Under the pieces are notes generated by a model. It searched no databases. It was not told the origin of the DNA and worked only from the letters and a program-made list of their open reading frames with translations. This document shows positions 11,032-20,893 of a stretch of DNA of 64,000 nucleotides, piece by piece. Source of the DNA: Podarcis tiliguerta (lineage: Eukaryota); NCBI GenBank assembly GCA_965153285.1, contig OZ229111.1. One strand, written 5' to 3'. Both the position numbers and the translations under genes were made by a program. Numbering within the stretch: position 1 is the first letter of the stretch; each line of letters begins with the position of its first letter.

Positions 11032-13742
11032 AAAATACCACAGGCATCAATTACTTCTTCACAGATCAAGAGCCCTTCTGTACCAAACGTTATGTTGCTA
11101 CCACTTTGAGCTCTACAGGGGAGGATTATTTCAGCAATTTTGAGTAATTGAAGGTACTTGTTTTTAAACAAGCAGTTTCCTCAATGATTACTAAGTCACA
11201 TCTTTCTGTTCCCATTCTCAGGTGAGACTTCAGGATAATTCAGCTGGCCCCTGGTGGGATAGCGGGTCTTATACTATGGTTGCCACTTGAGAAAGTGTTA
11301 AGTGGACTGGAGATTTTAGAGCATTCTTCACACTGCGGAGGAAGTCAAAGCTGTTTCTGCACAAGCGGTACGTGTTAATTTTTCTCACACTTGCTACATT
11401 TTCCTCCGAGCTGTGCTTCTGTTGTAGAAACACTGGATTGACCCAGCAGTCAGCCTGCAAAATACATTTCTTCCCGCAGGTACCATGCTCATTTGCTGTT
11501 AAGATTGCTGTGTGGCCTAACAGTGTCAACCAACCACTGGTTACTTTTTGTGAAGTGAAGAGTAGGGTCAGAGGAGCATATTGCTGCTTCTCTGTCATGG
11601 ATGAGCAGAAGGGCAGATGGAGGACCTAGTCAAGATATCGGGAGAAGGAACATCTCTATTCGGCTGTTTTATGTCAAATTGTGTGAGGCAAGAAATTGGG
11701 GCTACACATTCACTCTGCACTGCTATCCACAGTGGGGGCATTCTCTAAACCTAAGGCTGCCCCATGAGATGGTTCCTGCTTGCATTTGCAAGATTCCCCC
11801 CCTGCAAAAGTGCTCCTAAATTTGCAGGCAGTGTCGGGAAGGGCCTGCTTAGGGCAAGATGGTGGAGATGGTGCAAGTAGTTGGAATGGAAATCAGGTCT
11901 TGGCAATAGAAGAAGAGGAGTTTGGATTTGATATCCCACTTTATCACTACCTGAAGGAGTCTCAAAGCGGCTAACAAACTCCTTTCCCTTCCTCTCCCAC
12001 AACAAACACCCTGTGAGGTGAGTGGGGCTGAGAGACTTCAGAGAAATGTGACTAGCCACCCAAGGTCACCCAGCAGCTGCATGTGGAGGAGTGGAGACGC
12101 GAACCCAGTTCCCCAGATTACGAATCTACCGCTCTTAACCACTATGTCTCTCTGTATAAGTCCCCCCCCCCCCCCAGCTCTACTTCTCCAGATCCATGGC
12201 TGGTCCTATTATTAGACAGAATGAGGCAACTGCTTGGGAGGAGGGGAGCCCCACTTCCAATACTATTCCCATGGAGCCTCCTAACCAGCCCCATCGCCTT
12301 GAGCTTGCAAGGGAGTGTCCCGAAAGAAGGTATGGCTGGAACATTCAATAGGAGCATACCATAGTTCAAGATTTTGCTGCAAGTCACACTAGTTCATACT
12401 ATTAAACCTTCATAATCTTGAGTTTAGAAGCAGAGCAAGTTAGCTGTGCACTTCCCTTTGCAGGAAGCAGGAATTTACAAAGTGGAAGTGGACAAACTAT
12501 CAGAGAGAGGGAAAGGCTTCTTTATGGAGGTAAAACGCCTTGCTCCACTGAGACTATTTCACACACAGCAAAATCGGGGTGCATTGGCCACTGAAATGTA
12601 TCACATTCAGGAATTATATTGTTACAGGCCACCCCAATCTCTGTCAAGCAGTAGCAAGAGATTCCTGGGTTTATGTTCCTTTGGAATGAGGCACAATAAG
12701 AGACTAGTGTCTTTAAGAAATATGGTTTATTTTATACATGTTTACAGCTGAAGCCTTCAGTGGTGGGGGTGCAGAACAACACATCCCAAGTCTATCTCTC
12801 GTTGCTCCTCTTGTCAGCAGCTTGGATCCAAAGCAGCAGCCAGTCATGCTTCTCGGTGCAGCCTTTTCCAGCCAGCACACTTCAGAGCTCCACCCACTTC
12901 TTGCTCCTCCTTCCCAGAAAACCCTGTTCCCCAAACCTCTGTGGTGACATCACACCCCTGTTTCTCTGGCAATCTCCCCCTCTCAATTCTGCTAAGTAAC
13001 ACACAGCTGGAGGAGGAACTCCACCCCTTTCCATGTCTGACTGAATATCTGACCTTTCATCAGGGTATTAATGATTCTGCCTTTGTTCTTTGAAGTCAAG
13101 TCAGCTTCCTGGGGGATTGGCTTAGAGAGGTGCTTAACAAACCCCACATAGATAAATTTTAAAAATTATGGAGAACCTGGCACTGGGAGTGATGTAGATT
13201 GGGGAAAAACTGTAGTTCACTGGTAGAGCATCAGCTTTGCATGCAGAAGCTCCTAAATTCAATCACCAGCATCTCCGGGGAGGTTGGAAATGCATGTGAA
13301 TTACTTTCAAATCACCATGTAATTTCCAATCTAAGACATTTTCAGGCCTTCCATCAGATATCTAGACAATTTAGGGCAAAACCTGGTGCAGTAAAAGGCA
13401 GCAAATATTTTTCTTGTTTTCAAACTAGCTCAATCTAATGTCCTTTTGAGGGAGCGGTAATGAAAAATAACAGCTTCCTAAAAATAATATAGCATTAAGA
13501 GGCACCTAACTGCATAAAATATTCTGCCATTAGGCACCACTACTGAAAAATGCAATCATTGTTGCTTGGATATCTTCGTGCTGCCCATTTTTCACTCTTT
13601 GTAAGACTAATTGCAATTTCTTTTCCAGGTCACCTTCCTGGGACCCCTGGGCACAATAACTACATATTCACCCCAGATCCTCCCAGACACATTTTTCTGT
13701 GCAGACTGCAACGGAGAGGAATGCCATAGGAAGCTGGTTTGA
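11032..13742 (+). pseudogene. AprA-like / PqaA-family paralogue, copy 2 (pseudogene)
   Basis: Exon relics: 11032-11119 (1 nt short, donor GT>GG); 11222-11297 (CGA>TGA at 11223-11225, donor GT>TT); 12464-12529 (EAGIYKVEVDKLSERGKGFFME); 13629-13742 (VTFLGPLG...PDTFFCADCNGEECHRKLV*). Colinear with copy 1, with shared intronic and 3'UTR similarity. Confidence 0.8.
11915..12145 (-). mobile_element. tRNA-derived CORE/L2-tailed SINE (Squam2-like)
   Basis: Reverse strand reads tagtggttaagagcggtaga...gggttcgcgtctcc...gggtgaccttggg...ctcacctcacaggg...gggatatcaaatccaaactc. Confidence 0.7.
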
Positions 13743-14454
13743 AACCAACAAGGGATACTGTGGCTCCTGCTGCTGAAATCATCCATGACGGAAGAATAAG
13801 AGGCACTGAGAAGACCATACACAGGACCAGGTTGGCAGAGAAAGAACCTTGTGTGGAGAGAGTGTTAGACAAACTAAATTGGTTTGGTGGTGGGGATATG
13901 ATGTCACAAGCTGGAGAAGGATGCTAATCAGGAGCCCTGAAAGAGGACTAGATAAGAGAAGAAGTGCAAATGGTAGTGGAGAACAACTAGGGACTCATTC
14001 TACAGTATTTTCAGAAGCAACAGTGATGCCATGTATATCGGCCTAAAGCATGGCTTAGCTTGGAAGCAAACTCCCAGTGTTCTTAAGGGGGCACTGCAAA
14101 AGGAGGGGACAAGTTATTAAGGCACCCTTAAAGACTTCTCTGGCTAAAATAAATTATCTGGGACAGAGGGTTCATTGTTTCCTTTAATCTGCACCTCCCC
14201 CTGACCCCAAAGCACCCACCCTTCCTCCTTACTCCCCTAAAAGCTGAAATGGCAGCATTGGAAGATGCCCTCCCCATACTACAGTGCCAGAAGGCCCAAG
14301 CACCACTGCTCTTTCAGTCCTGATGTGGTACTGAGAGCATCTAGAAAGAGCCCTTCCTCCACTTACTGCTACCACTGCCATAAAAGGAAATGAGAAGAAT
14401 CCTCTTTCCCGCCCATAGAGGCCAGGCAGGGACCATATATCCAAAGCAAGGGAC

Positions 14455-14789
14455 TGTTGGGATTTGCAGGATACTGAGTAAGTCTGCAGGCTTCAACAGG
14501 ATGATGCAATACTCTGTAAAGTGCTGGGTCAGAGTGACTCAGCAGGAATGGGGTTAATGTGATTGGCTATCACCTGTTTTAAAAGGAAAGCCTGTTTAAC
14601 AGTGGTTGTGGTGGTTGTGCTGTGGTATGGTGGTGCTGTTGTGGAGAGTATTCGTTTGCCTTAAGGAGCAGGTACTCTGTATGGACTGTTTTTGTAAATA
14701 CCTGTATATAGCTCACATTAAAAAGACTGCACTGGAAAAACCTGGGACTCAGAGCGTTTCTGCTAAAAGCGCCGCGAGGAATCGCGACA
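14455..14789 (+). repeat. 5' LTR (335 bp)
   Basis: tgttggg...cgcgaca; no differences from the 3' LTR seen by eye. Confidence 0.97.
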
Positions 14790-14820
14790 GGGTTATGGGC
14801 CCAGCACGCTTCCGCTGCGC
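14790..14820 (+). other. Primer-binding site complementary to initiator tRNA-Met nt 10-40 (half-tRNA primer type)
   Basis: GGGTTATGGGCCCAGCACGCTTCCGCTGCGC is the reverse complement of GCGCAGCGGAAGCGTGCTGGGCCCATAACCC in vertebrate tRNAi-Met. Confidence 0.92.
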
Positions 14821-14873
14821 AAGAGTACAGGTGGCAGTTATCTAGCCGTGGGTGCTGGAGGTGAGCTGCAGGG

Positions 14874-17800
14874 ATGGAGCAGTCCAGAAGTGGCGTGTTG
14901 CTGGAGAAGCTGACGGCCACAAACTACAGCATCTGGTCGGTCCGCATGCAACACTTCCTCAAGCGTGAGGGCCTGTGGAAGGTGGTGGAAACTCCACAGC
15001 AGCCCCATGAGGAGGATGAGGACGACGATGAAAAGCTGGCACTAACAGAGGTCCAGCTAGAAAAGGATGAGAAAGCTTTGGCTACGATCATCCTTGGAGT
15101 GGACGACAGCCAGCTAGTCTACGTAGCTGACAAGGTGACGGCAAGTGAGGCGTGGAATGCACTCAAGGCTGTCCATGTGCGAGAGACAGCTGGCTCACTG
15201 ATAACATTGACCAGGAGACTGTACCGGTGTTGGAAGAAACCGGGGGACTCCCTGGTAAACCACCTAAAATTCCTAACAGGCTGTTTTCAGGAGTTAGCCT
15301 TAAGAGGGAGGCCTGTGGGGGAAGAGGACAAAGTCTTTATAGTCCTGAGTTCCCTTGATGACAGCTATGATATGCTGGTCAACTCCCTCGAGTCGGTAGA
15401 GACTGATAAGCTGACTCTGGAATACGTTACTGGACGGTTGTATGCAGAGGAGGACAGGCGTGCAGAGCGAACGATGACCTCAGCCCAGCTGTTGGAGCAT
15501 CCCAGAGGGAACAACAGCCGGGAAGAGCAGAGGTGTCGGGAGCCGGAGAAACAGCCAGGAGGAGCTGCTGCAGACCAGCCGGTGGTCAACAAAGTAAAAA
15601 GGTGTTCTTGCTGCAAGTCCAGTGGCCATCTGCTGCGGGACTGCCCAAGAAAACAACAAAAACAGCAGAAGCACAGGAGGCAGCAGAGAGAGTCTACCGC
15701 TTGGGTGTCTGCAGATGGTCAAGAAAATGAAGAGCTGTGGGTTCTGGACAGTGGAGCTTCTCAAACCTTTTGTAAAAGAAAAGGATTGCTAACTGATGCT
15801 AGGGCTTCAAACAAAAAACATGTAAGTCTTGCTACGGGCCAGAAAGCTAATGTGGTTTGTGAGGGGGAGGTTGTGTTCCCACAGCTGGGACACACATTCA
15901 GGAATGTGTTGTGTGTGCCTAGTTTGCAAAACAATCTCCTGAGCATTCCTGACTTGGCAAAAGCAGGCTTTGAAGTAAACTTTGTGGGAGATCAGTGCCA
16001 GATAAAGCAAAATGGGGCAGTGTTGGCAAATGCTAACCTTAGAACTAATATGTATGTACTGCAGTGTGAGTCTAAGGTTGCGAATGTGCAAAATGTCCCA
16101 ACCCATGATATGTGTATTCATCTCCTGCACAGGCGTCTGGCTCATGCTAGCTATAAGGTGCTAAACAAAACATTGGAGTTGTGCGGGGGGATGAAAAACA
16201 TTAAAAGTTGTGATAATTACTTAGACTGTAATATCTGCAAGGAGGTTAAAAGCAGGGCTTGCCCAGTAGCAAGAGCAAGCCAGAGAGAAACCAAAAAACC
16301 ACTGGAGTTGATTCATGCTGATGTAACTGGTCCTTTTCCACCAAGTGTCTCCCATAACAAGTACTGTTTGATCCTAGTGGATGACTATTCTAGATTTGGC
16401 TGGGTCTATCCATTAAAGCAAAAGTCTGACGTTGCCCAAACTTTGAAGTTCTGGGTAAGAAGGGTAGAAAGGCAACTTGGCGAAAAGGTGTGCTCCATTC
16501 AGTCAGACAGGGGAGGAGAGTTTATGGCAAACTCCCTAAGAAACTGGTTGCGTTCCCAAGGGATTAAACATAGACTTACCAATGTGGCAACGCCTCAGGA
16601 GAACGGAGTAGCAGAGCGTAGGGGAGGTGTCTTGCAGACACAAATGAAAGCATTGTTAGCAGATGCAAATCTTCCAATTAAGTACTGGGCTGAGAGTATT
16701 AAGACCGCAAATTATATTGGGAATCGCTTGTGGTCAAGGGTACTAGATGACATACCCTATAAAATTCTCTATAACAAAAGTCCCAGTTTGCAACATTTGA
16801 GAATCTTTGGGACAAAGGCGTGGGTTGACATACCTGTAAAGAACCGAAGAGAAGGTGGGAAAAGGGCACAGCAGTTGCTATTTCTTGGGTATGAAAGTGG
16901 TACAAAAGCCTACAGGTTTGAAGATGATAAAAATCTTTTGAGTTATAGTCGGTCAGCCAGCTTTAATGAGCAAAGAAATTGGCCCAAGATACATGCAAAC
17001 CTGCTGCCAGAAAAAGTTTTACTGCCGAGCATACCTGATAAGGCAGTTGAAACAAAGCTAAGAATTGGCAGCTCTCCCAGAGAAACTGAAAGGGAGGAGG
17101 TAAAGACTGAAGATTTTTCTCCAGCTGCTAGCATGGAGCAGGGGAGAGAAGAAAGTGCAACAGGGACAGGAGGAGGTAAATCTCCAGAATCAATCCACCC
17201 CAAAAGCAGTCCTGAAGGTAGCCCAGGGGGTGAGATTAATGAACCAAGGAGGTCTGCAAGAAGTAATAAAGGTCAACCTCCAGACCGTTATGGGTTCCCA
17301 GCCACCATAAACCAGGTTTGTGTAACTGAGCCAGAAAACTTTGAAGAAGTGCAAGAGTTACCTACTCTAGAGAAAGAGGCGTGGTTAAAGGCAATGCAGG
17401 CAGAGTATAACTCTCTGCTAAACAACAGTGTGTTTGTACCTGCAGAATTGCCTGAAGGTAAAAAGCCCATAAGCTGTAAGTGGGTTTTTAAAGTGAAAAA
17501 GCTGGCTGATGGTAGTTATCAGAGGAAAGCCAGGTTGGTTGCAAGGGGCTTTACACAAAGAAAAATGATACATTATGATGAAGTGTTTGCCCCAACAGCA
17601 AAGGCTGAAACAGTAAAATCAGTTTTAGCAATGGCAAGCCTGAGAGGGTTAAAAGTTAATCATTTTGATGTTGCCTCAGCATATTTAAATGCTCCTATCG
17701 ACGCCGAGGTGTATTTACAGCAAATACCAGGTTATGAGCTGGAGAAAGACAGCATGGTGTTAAAGCTGCAAAGGGCACTATACAGGTTGCACCAAAGTGC

Positions 17801-18866
17801 ACGTCTATGGCATGAATGCATAGACACAACTTTGAAAAAGATGGGATTCAAACAAAGCCTGGCTGATTCCTGTTTATATTCAGCAATGGTGCAAGGAAGT
17901 GTTTGTTATTTACTTTTGTATGTTGATGATATCTGTCTAATAACAACTGCACAAAAGCAAGTGTCTTGGTTTATAAACAGCCTAGGTAACAAATACAAAC
18001 TGAAGTATTTGGGAGAGATTCAGAATTACTTAGGAGTAGAGGTTCAGAGAAATGAAGAGGGCGTCTACTCTCTGAGTCAGAAGGAAAAAATCGAAAAGTT
18101 ACTGAAGACATATGGAATGGAGAGGGCAAATGAGGTTGACACTCCCATAACTACCCAGTACAAAAATGAACCAGAAGGGCAAAAATGTGAGAATGCAACA
18201 GCGTTTCATTCTCTGTTGGGTTCCCTGTTATATTTAAGTTGTTGGACAAGACCCGACATAACATTGGCAGTGCACATGTTAAGCCAAAGAAGTGCAGACC
18301 CGGCTCAGAGAGATTGGGTAGCACTTAAAAGAATCCTAAGGTATCTGAAAGGCACAAAAGATTACAAACTGGTGCTGGATACAGGATATGATCAGCAAGT
18401 GTATGCATACACTGATGCCAGCTGGGGGGACAGAGAAAATGGAAAGTCTACCACTGGCTATGCCATATATATTGGAAATGCCCTGGTTCAGTGGAAATCC
18501 CAGAAACAAACATTTGTTGCCACAAGTACTTGTGAAGCAGAGTACTCAGCCATAAGCGAATGTGTGTCACAAATAGAGTGGTTTGCTTGTCTAACAAAAG
18601 AGCTTGGAATACCTTCTGAAATGCCAATCACTGTGCTAAGTGACAACATGGCTGCACAACAGCTTGCTAACCAACAGAACTTTAAGAGCAAGAGTAAACA
18701 TATAGCGATAAGATACGGAAATGTGAAAAATGCTTTGGAAAGAAATGTGTTAAAGGTACAGCACTGTAACACAAAATGTAATGTGGCAGATTTGTATACA
18801 AAATGTTTGGATGCTCCTAAATTTCGAGACTTAAGAGAATTATTAGGTCTCAAGCCTTTGACTTAA
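14874..18866 (+). CDS. Copia gag-pol polyprotein, 1330 aa
   Basis: Gag; Zn knuckle CSCCKSSGHLLRDC; protease WVLDSGAS; integrase HRRLAH..CxxC, HADVTGP, SDRGGEF, NGVAERR; RT CKWVFK, KARLVARGF, YVDD; RNase H YTDASW, EAEY, SDN, ADLYTK. Confidence 0.97.
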   Translation: MEQSRSGVLLEKLTATNYSIWSVRMQHFLKREGLWKVVETPQQPHEEDEDDDEKLALTEVQLEKDEKALATIILGVDDSQLVYVADKVTASEAWNALKAVHVRETAGSLITLTRRLYRCWKKPGDSLVNHLKFLTGCFQELALRGRPVGEEDKVFIVLSSLDDSYDMLVNSLESVETDKLTLEYVTGRLYAEEDRRAERTMTSAQLLEHPRGNNSREEQRCREPEKQPGGAAADQPVVNKVKRCSCCKSSGHLLRDCPRKQQKQQKHRRQQRESTAWVSADGQENEELWVLDSGASQTFCKRKGLLTDARASNKKHVSLATGQKANVVCEGEVVFPQLGHTFRNVLCVPSLQNNLLSIPDLAKAGFEVNFVGDQCQIKQNGAVLANANLRTNMYVLQCESKVANVQNVPTHDMCIHLLHRRLAHASYKVLNKTLELCGGMKNIKSCDNYLDCNICKEVKSRACPVARASQRETKKPLELIHADVTGPFPPSVSHNKYCLILVDDYSRFGWVYPLKQKSDVAQTLKFWVRRVERQLGEKVCSIQSDRGGEFMANSLRNWLRSQGIKHRLTNVATPQENGVAERRGGVLQTQMKALLADANLPIKYWAESIKTANYIGNRLWSRVLDDIPYKILYNKSPSLQHLRIFGTKAWVDIPVKNRREGGKRAQQLLFLGYESGTKAYRFEDDKNLLSYSRSASFNEQRNWPKIHANLLPEKVLLPSIPDKAVETKLRIGSSPRETEREEVKTEDFSPAASMEQGREESATGTGGGKSPESIHPKSSPEGSPGGEINEPRRSARSNKGQPPDRYGFPATINQVCVTEPENFEEVQELPTLEKEAWLKAMQAEYNSLLNNSVFVPAELPEGKKPISCKWVFKVKKLADGSYQRKARLVARGFTQRKMIHYDEVFAPTAKAETVKSVLAMASLRGLKVNHFDVASAYLNAPIDAEVYLQQIPGYELEKDSMVLKLQRALYRLHQSARLWHECIDTTLKKMGFKQSLADSCLYSAMVQGSVCYLLLYVDDICLITTAQKQVSWFINSLGNKYKLKYLGEIQNYLGVEVQRNEEGVYSLSQKEKIEKLLKTYGMERANEVDTPITTQYKNEPEGQKCENATAFHSLLGSLLYLSCWTRPDITLAVHMLSQRSADPAQRDWVALKRILRYLKGTKDYKLVLDTGYDQQVYAYTDASWGDRENGKSTTGYAIYIGNALVQWKSQKQTFVATSTCEAEYSAISECVSQIEWFACLTKELGIPSEMPITVLSDNMAAQQLANQQNFKSKSKHIAIRYGNVKNALERNVLKVQHCNTKCNVADLYTKCLDAPKFRDLRELLGLKPLT

Positions 18867-18873
18867 GGAGGAG
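18865..18873 (+). other. Polypurine tract
   Basis: aaggaggag overlapping the stop codon and abutting the 3' LTR. Confidence 0.85.
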
Positions 18874-19208
18874 TGTTGGGATTTGCAGGATACTGAGTAA
18901 GTCTGCAGGCTTCAACAGGATGATGCAATACTCTGTAAAGTGCTGGGTCAGAGTGACTCAGCAGGAATGGGGTTAATGTGATTGGCTATCACCTGTTTTA
19001 AAAGGAAAGCCTGTTTAACAGTGGTTGTGGTGGTTGTGCTGTGGTATGGTGGTGCTGTTGTGGAGAGTATTCGTTTGCCTTAAGGAGCAGGTACTCTGTA
19101 TGGACTGTTTTTGTAAATACCTGTATATAGCTCACATTAAAAAGACTGCACTGGAAAAACCTGGGACTCAGAGCGTTTCTGCTAAAAGCGCCGCGAGGAA
19201 TCGCGACA
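18874..19208 (+). repeat. 3' LTR (335 bp)
   Basis: Direct repeat of 14455-14789. Confidence 0.97.
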
Positions 19209-20887
19209 GGGACCAACCCTTGCTTTGGATATCAGAGAAAGGGGTGGAAGATCATGAGAAGCATGAGCATTGCTAACATATTCATCCCACCTATGACTTA
19301 ATCAAACCAGGTTACCCACTACCACCACAGATAGCACATTGATTCTTATTTACATTTTGTGGGCACTGAAAACCATTTTGCAAAGCTGCTATAAACTTAC
19401 ATTCCTTAAGAAAAACAGCCTAGAGTGTTAAGAGATTATTTAAGGTAAGGTAATTTCTGCAGATAAGCATTCCTTTTCCCCTACAACCCAAATGTGATAC
19501 CTTGGTGCCATCTGCTGGTTGCTGCTCAGGCTGCATGAGTTTGAAAAGTTGAACCAATTTTAGCAAGAGCGGGATCTTTAAAAGAAATATAGTGGACCCG
19601 AGCAGAATTTTGAAGTTCTTACTAAGAACCCATGCAGGAAATTAGCCAAAGTTCAACCCCATTTGCTCCATTATCAGGAAGAGCTGTGGTGATCAAGAAA
19701 GTCTGCATTAGATACACCACCTTTGTTCTGCTAATGTGTATTTTGAATGCAATTGTCTGACTGATTAATTCACTTTTGTAGAATCTGAGACACACTGGAG
19801 GTGAACACCCAAGTTTTGCTGGATGTTATTTAGACAAAGCAATTGTTGCCTATTTTTGGAGGTAATCCTGTTATTCTGTAAGTATACAGTGCTACTAAGA
19901 TTTTAAAGCTTTATAATAGAGGTCAACTGGCATGTAAACCCCATCTAGGCACATCCCCCGAGACAGCTTTAAAAATCCAGAATCTGATGAAACAAAAACT
20001 GATTTTGCAAAGCCATGCAGGGGAAAGGCATAGACATAACACTATCTTAACATTATGCTGGTTTGTGACGAGGTGGGTTCAATGTAGGCATGCTTACACT
20101 TTACCCACAAGTGGGTTGCTCTTGCTGTTCCCCAAACATAACAACTTGCAGGTTCCACAGCTTGTGTACACTACTGTACTGTGGAGATGCAAACCCAAAT
20201 CATCCACAGACTAGGGGCCCCACTGTAGCCTGCTGTCTTATCCCAAATCCACCAGGGTCTTCTCTAAGCCCCTCTCAAAAAACAACACCCTGGGCAGTAT
20301 CCAGTTAAATAATTGTACCTGTGCAAGGATTTCTGCTAGCATAGTGGGACATCCACTCCCATCTCCCCACCCCCAAACACGCAATCCCCAAGCTCTGCTC
20401 CACAGGGTTAGGAGATTTTCCAGAACATGTTTGGGGAAATAACTTTCTGTTGAGCAAGGAGAATTTGTTGCCCTGTTTGCCTTAGTGCGAGCTTGAATAC
20501 AACCCACTGTAACCTCATTTCCTAATGTACGCTTTATAACCTCTTTGCATCTGGCTACTGATAGCAGCTAGCTATCAGTAACCAATGTCAATGCTGGGAA
20601 GCCAGATGAATGCTTTACATTCTGGTCCCTTAACTTAAACCAATCTTACCAGCAGCTTTCCCTGGCAGATAAAGAAAAATTAAAGCTGGGGAGGGAAGCC
20701 ACAATGAAACCCTTCCTCAGTATGGCTACAGAAATGTCCTCAATCTCACAGATCTAAATAGACTGGCCCAAGGCCCCTGAATTGCTTGATGTAATGCTAC
20801 TAACCTCAAATAGGAAAACCACATAAATGTAGATCACAGAGACAGAGGCAGCCAAAGAAGGGCATAGAGCCAAGTGTGAGATCAACA

Positions 20888-20893
20888 TTTATT
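20888..20893 (-). terminator. CYTH1: Candidate CYTH1 polyadenylation signal (AATAAA), implying a 3'UTR of about 1.7 kb
   Basis: tttatt on + strand, downstream of a U-rich UTR-like segment (20930-21190). Confidence 0.55.

Larger units (their letters stand above)
14455..19208 (+). mobile_element. Full-length Ty1/Copia LTR retrotransposon (4754 bp)
   Basis: TG...CA LTRs at 14455-14789 and 18874-19208; 5-bp TSD GGGAC (14450-14454, 19209-19213); PBS, PPT and a single gag-pol ORF in Copia domain order. Confidence 0.98.

Noticed and set aside
14579-14920. ORFs in the LTRs (both strands, duplicated at 18998-19276)
   Set aside because: By-products of GT-rich LTR sequence with no recognisable domain.
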